Positions 29,812 to 38,100 of a DNA stretch of 64,000 nt are shown one piece after another. Position numbers and translations under genes: made by a program. The first letter of the stretch is position 1. Every line of letters starts with the position of its first letter. A model generated the notes under the pieces. It made no database searches. It had not been told where the DNA came from and saw nothing but the letters and a program-made list of their open reading frames with translations. The stretch spans positions 416,001 through 480,000 of the forward strand of contig OY782041.1 in assembly GCA_963677595.1 (NCBI GenBank), written 5' to 3'. The stretch is from Spirochaetia bacterium (GTDB taxonomy: Bacteria; Spirochaetota; Spirochaetia; CAKZLE01).

Positions 29812-30714
29812 TTAGTTCAGTTCGGTGATATCAAGGCCGGCAGCCTGGAGTACCTGACGGAACGGATCGTAGAAGGTATCATCGTGTTCTTCGAGAGCAT
29901 CCCACTGGTACGCTGTACTCAGTGCAGCTTTTCCCTCTTCGGTAGAGACGATCTTCAGCAGGGCTGCGACGATCTTCTTTCGCATCTCGGGATCGAAGGA
30001 CGGGATGAACTGGACACCGTCATTCGGAATGTCGGTCGTCAGGCCGATGATCTTCACGTCGTCCATGACATTGGGGTAATCACCCTCTACACGTGTACGT
30101 GCATCCACATAGCTGGCACCTGCATCGACATCCCCGTTGAGGACAGCTGCGACTACTGCGTCATGGCTTCCTGCATCGACGATTCCCTTCAGGTCGGTAG
30201 GATTGACACCTGCTGCCCGCATGGTCAGCATGGGAATGATCCAGCCGCTCGTTGAGAGGGGGTCAGGGCGGGCAAAGGTCTTCCCTGCCAGGTCGGCAGG
30301 AGAGTTGATCCCGCTGTCGGTACGAGCCATGAGCTGTCCGTTATAGGTCGGGCTCCCATATCGTACGGAGACCAGGGCTGCATCAGCAACACCTCGATCA
30401 GCTGCGAGGACATATGCGAAGGTAGCCAGTGAAGCCATGTGGGCTTCAGCAGGTTCGCTTGCCATAGCCTCGATGACCCCTGCATACTCGGTAGCCACAT
30501 TGGTGTCGAAATAGTAGCCTGTCTCCTTGTGCAGAAGGTCAGCGACATCCTGGGCACCTGCAGCCACACGCTCCATCTCACCTGACGGGACGAATGACCA
30601 GATGATAGGATTCGCCTCCGTACCGAGCGGAGACTCCACGGCACCCTGAGCGAAGATTGCGGCAGCACTGCCGATGAGACAGAACAGAATAGTAAGAATC
30701 ATGATTTTCTTCAC
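29812..30714 (-). CDS. phnD: Phosphonate/phosphite/phosphate ABC substrate-binding protein
   Basis: Signal peptide, Y..VIEAM, DPLSTSGW..P and GSHDAVV. GTG start after AAGGAGG. Confidence 0.88.
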   Translation of the reverse strand: MKKIMILTILFCLIGSAAAIFAQGAVESPLGTEANPIIWSFVPSGEMERVAAGAQDVADLLHKETGYYFDTNVATEYAGVIEAMASEPAEAHMASLATFAYVLAADRGVADAALVSVRYGSPTYNGQLMARTDSGINSPADLAGKTFARPDPLSTSGWIIPMLTMRAAGVNPTDLKGIVDAGSHDAVVAAVLNGDVDAGASYVDARTRVEGDYPNVMDDVKIIGLTTDIPNDGVQFIPSFDPEMRKKIVAALLKIVSTEEGKAALSTAYQWDALEEHDDTFYDPFRQVLQAAGLDITELN

Positions 30715-30747
30715 AACGTTTCCTCCTTGTTGAAACTCTGTGATCGA

Positions 30748-30862
30748 TCAACTCCCAAAAGACTGGGAGAACTGACTGTGGACCCCCCGAACACTCAGCC
30801 AACTCACAAACGGTATCATCGTGCCCTAAGGCCCCGACCCTTCCTGGTTCTCTCCAGTCTTT
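30748..30862 (-). promoter_or_regulatory. Structured leader RNA candidate upstream of phnD
   Basis: 15-bp closing stem with a competing alternative hairpin. Confidence 0.45.
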
Positions 30863-31054
30863 GACGATCCTGATAAAGAACCAGACAAGAGTCATTACAT
30901 AAGACTATAGTTCAGTATAGCCCTGCTGCACTTAAAGATAAAGGGGAAAGTGCAAGTTCATGGATATCACTGAGATTTTCAACCACAAAAAAGAGAGTAC
31001 CGCGATCTGACAGCGCAATACCCTCTTTCTATGTTTTGTTTTTGATGTGTCAGC

Positions 31055-32077
31055 TTATTCGACGATATAGATCCAGCCTTCAGGCCCCTCTATATCACCG
31101 AACTGGATACCGCAGAGGGTATCGTAGAGCTTATGGGTCACTGGTCCCGTCTCGGTCTCGGAGTAGAACACATGGAGGTTCCCGCCGTATTGGATCCCGC
31201 CGATCGGTGTGATCACTGCAGCGGTACCGCAGGCACCGGCTTCGATGAAGTCGTCAAGGCTGGTGATCGGGACATCACGCTCGATGACGGTCATCCCGAG
31301 TTCCCCTTCCGCGATCGCGATCAGGGAGCGCTTCGTGATGCTTGCTAAAATCGAGGGGGACTTCGGCGTGACGAACTCATTGTCAGCCGTGATCCCGAAG
31401 AAGTTGGCTGCACCAACCTCCTCGATGTTGGTATGGGTCGCAGGATCGAGGTAGATGCAGTCAGCGTATCCCTGCTGTGCAGCTTCCTTATGGGGAAGCA
31501 TGGAGGCTGCGTAGTTGCCGCCCACCTTGGCCTGACCTGTACCCTGGGGTGCGGCGCGGTCCATCCCCGTCACGGAGAAGTTGACCGGTGTCAGGCCGCC
31601 CTTGAAATAGGGGCCTACCGGGACACAGAAGATCGAGAAGATATACTCAGGGGCGGGCTTCACCCCGATGTTGCTTCCGACACCGATCATGAACGGGCGG
31701 ATGTAGAGTGTAGCCCCCGTTCCGTAGGGCGGGACCCATTGCTCGTTCGCCTTCACCACCTGCATACAGGCGTCGATGAACTTGTCGACCGGGATCGTTG
31801 GCATCAGGACCCGCTGGCAGCTCAGCTGCATCCTCTCGGCATTCAAATCAGGCCTGAAGAGCCTGATCTTCCCATCTTTTCCCCGGTATGCCTTCAGCCC
31901 CTCGAAGCACTGCTGGCCGTAATGGAGGGCTGTGGATGCCTCGCTTATATGGAGGGTATTGTCTTCGGTCAGGACACCGTCATCCCAGGATCCGTCTTTC
32001 CAGACTGAAAGGTATCTCTTGTCAGTCTTGATGTAATCGAAACCGAGCTTGTCCCAATCGGGTAATGTGCTTGCCAT
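31055..32077 (-). CDS. ilvE: Branched-chain amino acid aminotransferase
   Basis: LHYGQQCFEGLKAY, AKVGGNYAAS and GACGTAAVITP. Confidence 0.96.
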   Translation of the reverse strand: MASTLPDWDKLGFDYIKTDKRYLSVWKDGSWDDGVLTEDNTLHISEASTALHYGQQCFEGLKAYRGKDGKIRLFRPDLNAERMQLSCQRVLMPTIPVDKFIDACMQVVKANEQWVPPYGTGATLYIRPFMIGVGSNIGVKPAPEYIFSIFCVPVGPYFKGGLTPVNFSVTGMDRAAPQGTGQAKVGGNYAASMLPHKEAAQQGYADCIYLDPATHTNIEEVGAANFFGITADNEFVTPKSPSILASITKRSLIAIAEGELGMTVIERDVPITSLDDFIEAGACGTAAVITPIGGIQYGGNLHVFYSETETGPVTHKLYDTLCGIQFGDIEGPEGWIYIVE

Positions 32078-32240
32078 AGATATACTCTCCTTTTTATCAT
32101 GTATGAACTGCTGCGATGCGGTATCGCAGTACAAGAATCATACAACAATATGAAAAGCGGTACAATTATCTCAAGAGAATTTCAGTAAAAATATACAGGT
32201 TTTATTCTGACTGAACACCGGTGATCTGTCGAGAAAAAGG

Positions 32241-32945
32241 TCAATCCTTCTTAGCGTCACGCTGTTCCTCGAGCCGCTTCTCCATCTCCGGGTTCTTTGC
32301 CATGAAGCCGCTGATCGCGTTCGAGAAGGCATTCTGCCTCCTGTCCCGCAGCGTGAAGTACCCGGTTACCGACACGATGATCCCCCCGATGGTATCGATG
32401 ATCAGGTCGCCCATGGTGTCATGCAGCCCCGATTTCTGCATATTGGTCCCGAAGAAGAGGTCCATCAGGTATTCGAACACCTCCCAGACCACCCCGCAGG
32501 TCACCGCGAAGCAGAGAGCGAAGAATGCGATAAAGAAGGGGGACATGACCACATCAAGACGGGAAGCCTCGTTGAGGATGTAGACCAGGAGGAACCCGAC
32601 CATGCCGAGCAGTACCCCGGACCAGCCATGGAGGGCCAGGTCCCACCACCAGAACCGCTCATAGTAGTTGTTGATCTCCCCGAGGAACTGGGCCCCGAAG
32701 ATGAAGATGAGCAGTACGATCTGGAATGAGGGAGGGAGACTCACATGGATGCTCCGCTCGAGGATCGAGGGTATGAATGTCAGCAGGAACGATGCTGCAG
32801 TCACCGGTACCATCGACCAGTTCCCGGTGACCAGGCTGATCACGAATGCTGCGATGAAGAGGAACCGCAGGAAGTATGCCAGGATGAGATCCCCCCTCTT
32901 CAGGAGCCTGCTGCCCCATAACTTTCTTGTCTTACTACCGTTCAT
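32241..32945 (-). CDS. Conserved inner-membrane protein (DUF2238/YjdF-like)
   Basis: Several TM helices; YY..WWD..LH, WEVFEY and DTM.DL. Confidence 0.6.
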   Translation of the reverse strand: MNGSKTRKLWGSRLLKRGDLILAYFLRFLFIAAFVISLVTGNWSMVPVTAASFLLTFIPSILERSIHVSLPPSFQIVLLIFIFGAQFLGEINNYYERFWWWDLALHGWSGVLLGMVGFLLVYILNEASRLDVVMSPFFIAFFALCFAVTCGVVWEVFEYLMDLFFGTNMQKSGLHDTMGDLIIDTIGGIIVSVTGYFTLRDRRQNAFSNAISGFMAKNPEMEKRLEEQRDAKKD

Positions 32946-32976
32946 CCTGCTACTTAATCATATTTCCCGGTTAACA

Positions 32977-34299
32977 TCAATCTCTCCCTGCCCTGCTGCT
33001 CCCGGACACGACATACCCTGCCTTCCGGACAGCTTCTTCCGCCTCAGCGATATCCACATCCCCGTCAATGAAGGCACATCCACCTTCCAGGCTCACATCG
33101 ACGGTCTTCATTCCCGTCACAGTTCGCAAAGCCCTTTCCACACTTGCAGAACAGTGACTGCAGTCCATCCCCTCGATGCCGATCCTCGTCAAGCTGTCAA
33201 CCTTTATCTGGAACTCCTCATCTTCCCCTATCGAGCGTGCTGAGGTACGGAGACGTACCTTTCGAATCAGCACGATGATGAGCATGAGCAGGAAGAAGAT
33301 GGAGACACCGATCTCGAAGATCGTAAACGGATTCTCTCCCGGCAGAAGAGCCTCCGTACTGGAAAAGGGCTGGAGACCAAGTCCTGTATAGATGAAATCC
33401 ATCAAAAAGCCGAAGATCATACTGCCGGTTATGATGGTAACCAGGTACCTGACTGTAGTCTTCTTCCCCAGCATCCGGGTAATGATCGCAAGGGATGCCG
33501 CATTGGTCGCAGGGCCTGCGACGAGGAAGACATAGGCCGCTCCCGGGGAGAGGCCCTTGGCGATCATGGCTACCGCGATCGGGATGCTCGAGGTCGAGCA
33601 GATATACATCGGGATCCCGATCAGTACCATGAGTACCATGCTGATGAGGGGATTCCCTATGACCGACCCGGCAAAGAAATCCTCGGGAATGAGCAGGGTG
33701 ATGGCTGCAGCGATCGCAAGCCCGATGAGGAACTGCACCGCGATGTCATCCAGCAGTTCGAAGAATGCATAATCGAAGATCTTCCTCAGCTTACCAATGA
33801 TCCCGTTCTCTGTCAGAGTTTCCACAGTTACTGCAGGCTTTCCCGTATCCATCTCATCCTTCCGACGGGCAGGGCGGCCTGTCTTCTCGAAAAGGAAATC
33901 CGCGATCCCGCCCAGGGTCCCCATGACGAGGGCTGCCGCTGCCTTGAAGATGGCGAACAATGGTCCGAGCATCCCCCAGGTGGCAGCGATGCTGTCTACC
34001 CCGGTCTGGGGGGTCGATACCAGGAACGAGAGCACAGACGACTTGGACGCCCCTGAGTTCTTCAGGTACACGGCAGTCGGCACCACGCCGCAGGAACAGA
34101 GCGGGAGCGGGACCCCGAAGAGGGCTGCCTTGAATACTGAGGAGACAGTATTCCCCCCGATATGGCGGGAGACGAAGTCCTCCCTGAGGAAGACATGGAG
34201 TACCCCAGCGATGAGGACCCCCAATGTGATGTAAGGAACCATCTCGATGAACAGGAGGACCATCTCACTGAAAAACCGAACGATACTATCTACTACCAT
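32977..34299 (-). CDS. DUF318/ArsP-type permease fused to a C-terminal HMA domain (Cu/Zn-type metal transporter)
   Basis: PLPLCSCGVVP, PMYICST, and HMA motif GMDCSHC. Confidence 0.88.
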   Translation of the reverse strand: MVVDSIVRFFSEMVLLFIEMVPYITLGVLIAGVLHVFLREDFVSRHIGGNTVSSVFKAALFGVPLPLCSCGVVPTAVYLKNSGASKSSVLSFLVSTPQTGVDSIAATWGMLGPLFAIFKAAAALVMGTLGGIADFLFEKTGRPARRKDEMDTGKPAVTVETLTENGIIGKLRKIFDYAFFELLDDIAVQFLIGLAIAAAITLLIPEDFFAGSVIGNPLISMVLMVLIGIPMYICSTSSIPIAVAMIAKGLSPGAAYVFLVAGPATNAASLAIITRMLGKKTTVRYLVTIITGSMIFGFLMDFIYTGLGLQPFSSTEALLPGENPFTIFEIGVSIFFLLMLIIVLIRKVRLRTSARSIGEDEEFQIKVDSLTRIGIEGMDCSHCSASVERALRTVTGMKTVDVSLEGGCAFIDGDVDIAEAEEAVRKAGYVVSGSSRAGRD

Positions 34300-34314
34300 T
34301 GCTGCGCACCTTCC

Positions 34315-34668
34315 TTATTCATCTGTATGTTCCAGCCCGATGGCAAGGATCGCAGTTATATGATCATCGCTGAGTGAGTAGAAGACATGCTTCCCCTCTT
34401 TGCGGTAGCGAACCAGGCGGACCTGCCTCAGCAGCTTCAGCTGGTGGCTCACGGCAGTCTGCTGTAGTTCAAGCATCCCTGCGATATCATGGACACAGAA
34501 CTCACCCTGCTTCAGCAGGAACAGGATACGAAGTCGTGTCGGATCCCCGAAGATCTTGAAGAACTCCGAGAGGTCCTGCAGCTCCTCATCCACCGGGAGC
34601 TGCTCCCTGAACTGTTCTGCCTCTCCCTCTTCAACACAGCCCCATCTATTCTCTTCCTCTCGTCCCAT
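34315..34668 (-). CDS. ArsR/SmtB metalloregulator
   Basis: FKIFGDPTRLRIL, CVHDIA, AVSHQL and an alpha5-type DDH..EH site. Confidence 0.92.
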   Translation of the reverse strand: MGREEENRWGCVEEGEAEQFREQLPVDEELQDLSEFFKIFGDPTRLRILFLLKQGEFCVHDIAGMLELQQTAVSHQLKLLRQVRLVRYRKEGKHVFYSLSDDHITAILAIGLEHTDE

Positions 34669-34694
34669 GCTTCCTCCATGAATCACTTCATAAT

Positions 34695-34720
34695 TACATA
34701 TGAATATGTGTTCATATGTA
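34695..34720. promoter_or_regulatory. ArsR/SmtB operator
   Basis: IR TACATATGAA-N6-TTCATATGTA directly upstream of the regulator. Confidence 0.75.
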
Positions 34721-34856
34721 TAATACATAAGCATGATTCCGTTGTCAATACGAACCGGTAAAAACCATGCAAGAATCTTTCCCTCTTCCCTTCCACAGAA
34801 GACCATATCAGGCTATAGTCTTCTTTGGATAACAACACTGGAGGAGTTAACAGCAG

Positions 34857-35918
34857 ATGAGTACAGAAACGATCAGACTGTTATGCGAATTGTCGGACCT
34901 GCATGGATGCCCGAGCGGGGAGCATGCGGTACGTGCCTATATGAAGCAGAGACTGGAACCAGTCTCTGACGAGATCGTCTATGATAACCTCGGTGGCATC
35001 TTCGCCGTCAAGCACTCGGAGAGGACTGATGCACCGCGTCTCATGATGGCAGGCCATATGGACGAAGTCGGGTTCATGGTCATCTCGGTCACTGCAAACG
35101 GGATGCTGCGGGTACGGAACCTCGGGGGTATCTGGGGCAATGCGCTGCTGCAGCAGCGGGTAGTCATACCGGTACAAGGGACCCTGATCCCCGGTCTGAT
35201 CGTACCCTGGACCTCGAGGCCGGACAGTACTGCACCAGTCACGATCGATGATGTCGTCATCGACATCGGTGCCGCCTCTGACCAGGAGGTCGCCGAATGG
35301 GGTATCTACCCAGGCCAGCTGGTCTCCTTCGACACGAAAGCGGTCTTCATGAACAACCAGAAGTACATCATGGGCAAGGCCTGGGACGACCGTGTCGGCT
35401 GCGCGATGGCCATCCAGGTCATGGAAGGGCTCAAAGACGAATCACTCGGATGCGAACTCATCGCCGGCGGGACCGTACAGGAGGAAGCCGGCAGGAGGGG
35501 TGCTGCGGCAGCGGCCGGCCTCATCAAGCCTGACCTCTTCTTCGCCCTGGAAGGGCCTCCTGCCGCTGATATAAGCGGGGACCCGAAAGCCTTCGGCCGC
35601 CTCGGGGAAGGGGTGCAGTTCCGGGTGATCGACAGGGAGTTGCTGTTAAGCCCTGAACTGAGGGACCTCTTCCTCGATATCGCGCATACCCACCACATCC
35701 CCTACCAGTTCTTCATCTCCCCGGGTGGGACGGATGCCGGGATCATCCAGACGACCGGCAGGGGCGTACTCTCATCAGTGATCGGCATCCCTGTCCGCAC
35801 TCCGCACACACCGCAGTCGATCATCCATATCGATGACTACGAGGCGGCAGTGGAGTTCGTCCTGCAGTTCACCAGGGCCTTTGACCGGTCGGTATTCGAG
35901 AGCCTGCTGCCCAGATAG
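34857..35918 (+). CDS. M42-family (TET/glutamyl) aminopeptidase
   Basis: GHMDEVG, KAWDDR, QEE.G and GGTDAG. Confidence 0.9.
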   Translation: MSTETIRLLCELSDLHGCPSGEHAVRAYMKQRLEPVSDEIVYDNLGGIFAVKHSERTDAPRLMMAGHMDEVGFMVISVTANGMLRVRNLGGIWGNALLQQRVVIPVQGTLIPGLIVPWTSRPDSTAPVTIDDVVIDIGAASDQEVAEWGIYPGQLVSFDTKAVFMNNQKYIMGKAWDDRVGCAMAIQVMEGLKDESLGCELIAGGTVQEEAGRRGAAAAAGLIKPDLFFALEGPPAADISGDPKAFGRLGEGVQFRVIDRELLLSPELRDLFLDIAHTHHIPYQFFISPGGTDAGIIQTTGRGVLSSVIGIPVRTPHTPQSIIHIDDYEAAVEFVLQFTRAFDRSVFESLLPR

Positions 35919-35992
35919 GGTCTCCCGCCCATTCGCAACCAGCGGATGGGCCTGCAGTGCCCCTCAGGCACGTGAGAATGCGCAGGAGTCCA

Positions 35993-36976
35993 TCATTCAC
36001 CGGATTTCGATAATCTATCCCAGATCCAGCCGATTCCCAGCAGGACCAATACTCCGCCGTATAGGGCCACCGGAATGAAGGTGATCTCATAGAGGTGCGA
36101 GAACCCCCGTACGAACCCGTAGACCAGCAGGATCATGGCGACATAGGTACTGATAAGGAGTCCAGAATAGAACCTGCCCGGCTTCCAGACATATACTTGT
36201 GTGAAGACGAACATCGCAAGGAACCCGAAGAGGAACATCGGCCAGATCTCATTATGCTTGTATATCGTGATCAGGGTCCCGTGGATGGTCACGAGTGACT
36301 CGAGCAGGACGATCCAGTACCGGTTCAGGTGTGTCTTCGTACCGACGAGCTGGATCTGGGTAAAGAGCAGGAACATGTAGATAAACCCTGAAAGCAGACC
36401 CCAGTTCCCCTCCATGGGATGGAACCAGAAGGTGTAGACGACAGCCCATGAGATGAAGATACCGTGCCGCTTCCTGATGAAGGAGAGCATCTTTGCAGGA
36501 GGTGCGAACCGTTTCCCGAAGAAGAGACCCCTGACGGGGATCATCATATAGAGGATAAGCACCAGCATGACGATGACCGATCCCTGTGACGTCCAGATCG
36601 GGACATCCCGTGCCAACCCGTCATACCAGACATGGGTCTGCAGCAGGTGCAGGAGCACGAAGAAGATGTTGGCAGCCAAGAGCACATACTGTACCCTGCT
36701 GATCTCGTTCTTACCTGATACTCTCACCTTCCTGGCACGCACCACCAGGTACCAGATGACTATCTGATGCAGCAGGTACCCGATGATGTACGAGGCTCTT
36801 ATAGCCCATCCCGTCCGGGCAGTCTGCCAGTAGTACCAGGAGGGTCCCTGGTCAGGTGGTAATGGGTGGAATACCCGCACCAGCCGGGGGCCGAGCAGAA
36901 CCATGACCAGGGTTACCAGCCCATAGGCTCCCAGGGATAGGAGCAGGTATCTCCTGCTGCTGCTCATATCAGACAA
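35993..36976 (-). CDS. Conserved polytopic membrane protein of unknown function
   Basis: About 9 TM segments with His/Trp motifs (WYYWQ, HQ, HLLQTH.WYDGLA.DV, FWFHPME). Confidence 0.65.
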   Translation of the reverse strand: MSDMSSSRRYLLLSLGAYGLVTLVMVLLGPRLVRVFHPLPPDQGPSWYYWQTARTGWAIRASYIIGYLLHQIVIWYLVVRARKVRVSGKNEISRVQYVLLAANIFFVLLHLLQTHVWYDGLARDVPIWTSQGSVIVMLVLILYMMIPVRGLFFGKRFAPPAKMLSFIRKRHGIFISWAVVYTFWFHPMEGNWGLLSGFIYMFLLFTQIQLVGTKTHLNRYWIVLLESLVTIHGTLITIYKHNEIWPMFLFGFLAMFVFTQVYVWKPGRFYSGLLISTYVAMILLVYGFVRGFSHLYEITFIPVALYGGVLVLLGIGWIWDRLSKSGE

Positions 36977-37970
36977 GCTCCCAGAAACCGCTCTTTATCG
37001 AGCGGTAGATCGCATCGATCACCCGCTGGTTCTTCCGTGCATGCTCAAGGGCCCCTGCGAAGGGCACCCCTTCCAGGATGCTTTGCCTGAACGCCTCTGC
37101 CTGCAGGGTGTACTGGTCACAGGTACCGAACGTCTCAAACACACCCATATCCTCAGGCAGGATGCCTGTCAGCTTACTGATCGTGAGCTCCCGGTCATTC
37201 GGGGCATTGAAGGGGGTGTCGAGGGTCAGCACCCCTCTATCCCCGTAGATCCTCATCTGCTGGTAGCCTGATATCTGCATCGAACAGGTGAAGGAAGCCG
37301 TACAGGAGGGGAACTCCATGATGACTGAGGTGACCGAATCGATACCGAGTTCTGGATCGATGACACCCTTGGCCACGAGACGTACCGGCTCCTCCCCGAG
37401 GACCATCCTCATGGTGACCACAGGATAGACCCCGATATCATAGGAGGAACCACCGCCGTAGTCCGGTTTGTTCCGTATATTACCCGGATCGGGATTGTAG
37501 AAACTGAAGAACCCGTCGACGTGACGGACTGTCCCCACTTCACCGGAATTGACCAGCTCCTTCACACGTTTCCATCTCGGGTGGTGGAGGACCATGAAGG
37601 CCTCGCCTGCAAGTAGTCCAGTAGCATCCCGGAGGGAGATCAGCTCATTGATCTCATCGGCATGCAGGGCCATCGGCTTCTCGCACAGGACATGCTTCCC
37701 CGCCTCAAGGCACTTCTTCATCCAGTGGACATGCATATGGTTCGGGAGCGGGATATAGACCGCATCTATACCGGGATCAGCAAGCAACTCCTCGTAGGAG
37801 GAGAAACTCCTCGGAATGCCGAGTTCCGAGGCGACTGCCGCAGCCCGCGCGCCATCGCGTGAAGCGATCGCATCTACCATACAGCCTTCTGCCTTCTGTA
37901 TCGCCGGAATGACCTTCGTCCTGCCGATCTTTGCCGTGCTGAGCACACCCCATCGAATGATCCTGTCCAT
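36969..37970 (-). CDS. Gfo/Idh/MocA oxidoreductase
   Basis: RWGVLSTAKIG, YIPLPNH.H, GKHVLCEKP and GGG..DIG.Y. Confidence 0.92.
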   Translation of the reverse strand: MDRIIRWGVLSTAKIGRTKVIPAIQKAEGCMVDAIASRDGARAAAVASELGIPRSFSSYEELLADPGIDAVYIPLPNHMHVHWMKKCLEAGKHVLCEKPMALHADEINELISLRDATGLLAGEAFMVLHHPRWKRVKELVNSGEVGTVRHVDGFFSFYNPDPGNIRNKPDYGGGSSYDIGVYPVVTMRMVLGEEPVRLVAKGVIDPELGIDSVTSVIMEFPSCTASFTCSMQISGYQQMRIYGDRGVLTLDTPFNAPNDRELTISKLTGILPEDMGVFETFGTCDQYTLQAEAFRQSILEGVPFAGALEHARKNQRVIDAIYRSIKSGFWELV

Positions 37971-38100
37971 TGTCTTCCTCCGAATACTCTTTTTCATTTT
38001 TAGTATACCACAGGAGCGGACAGAAACGGTATACATAACGGGAAGTGAAAAAAATGGCTGCCCACGAATGAGCAGCCTATAGATTCAATTAAGTGAATTA

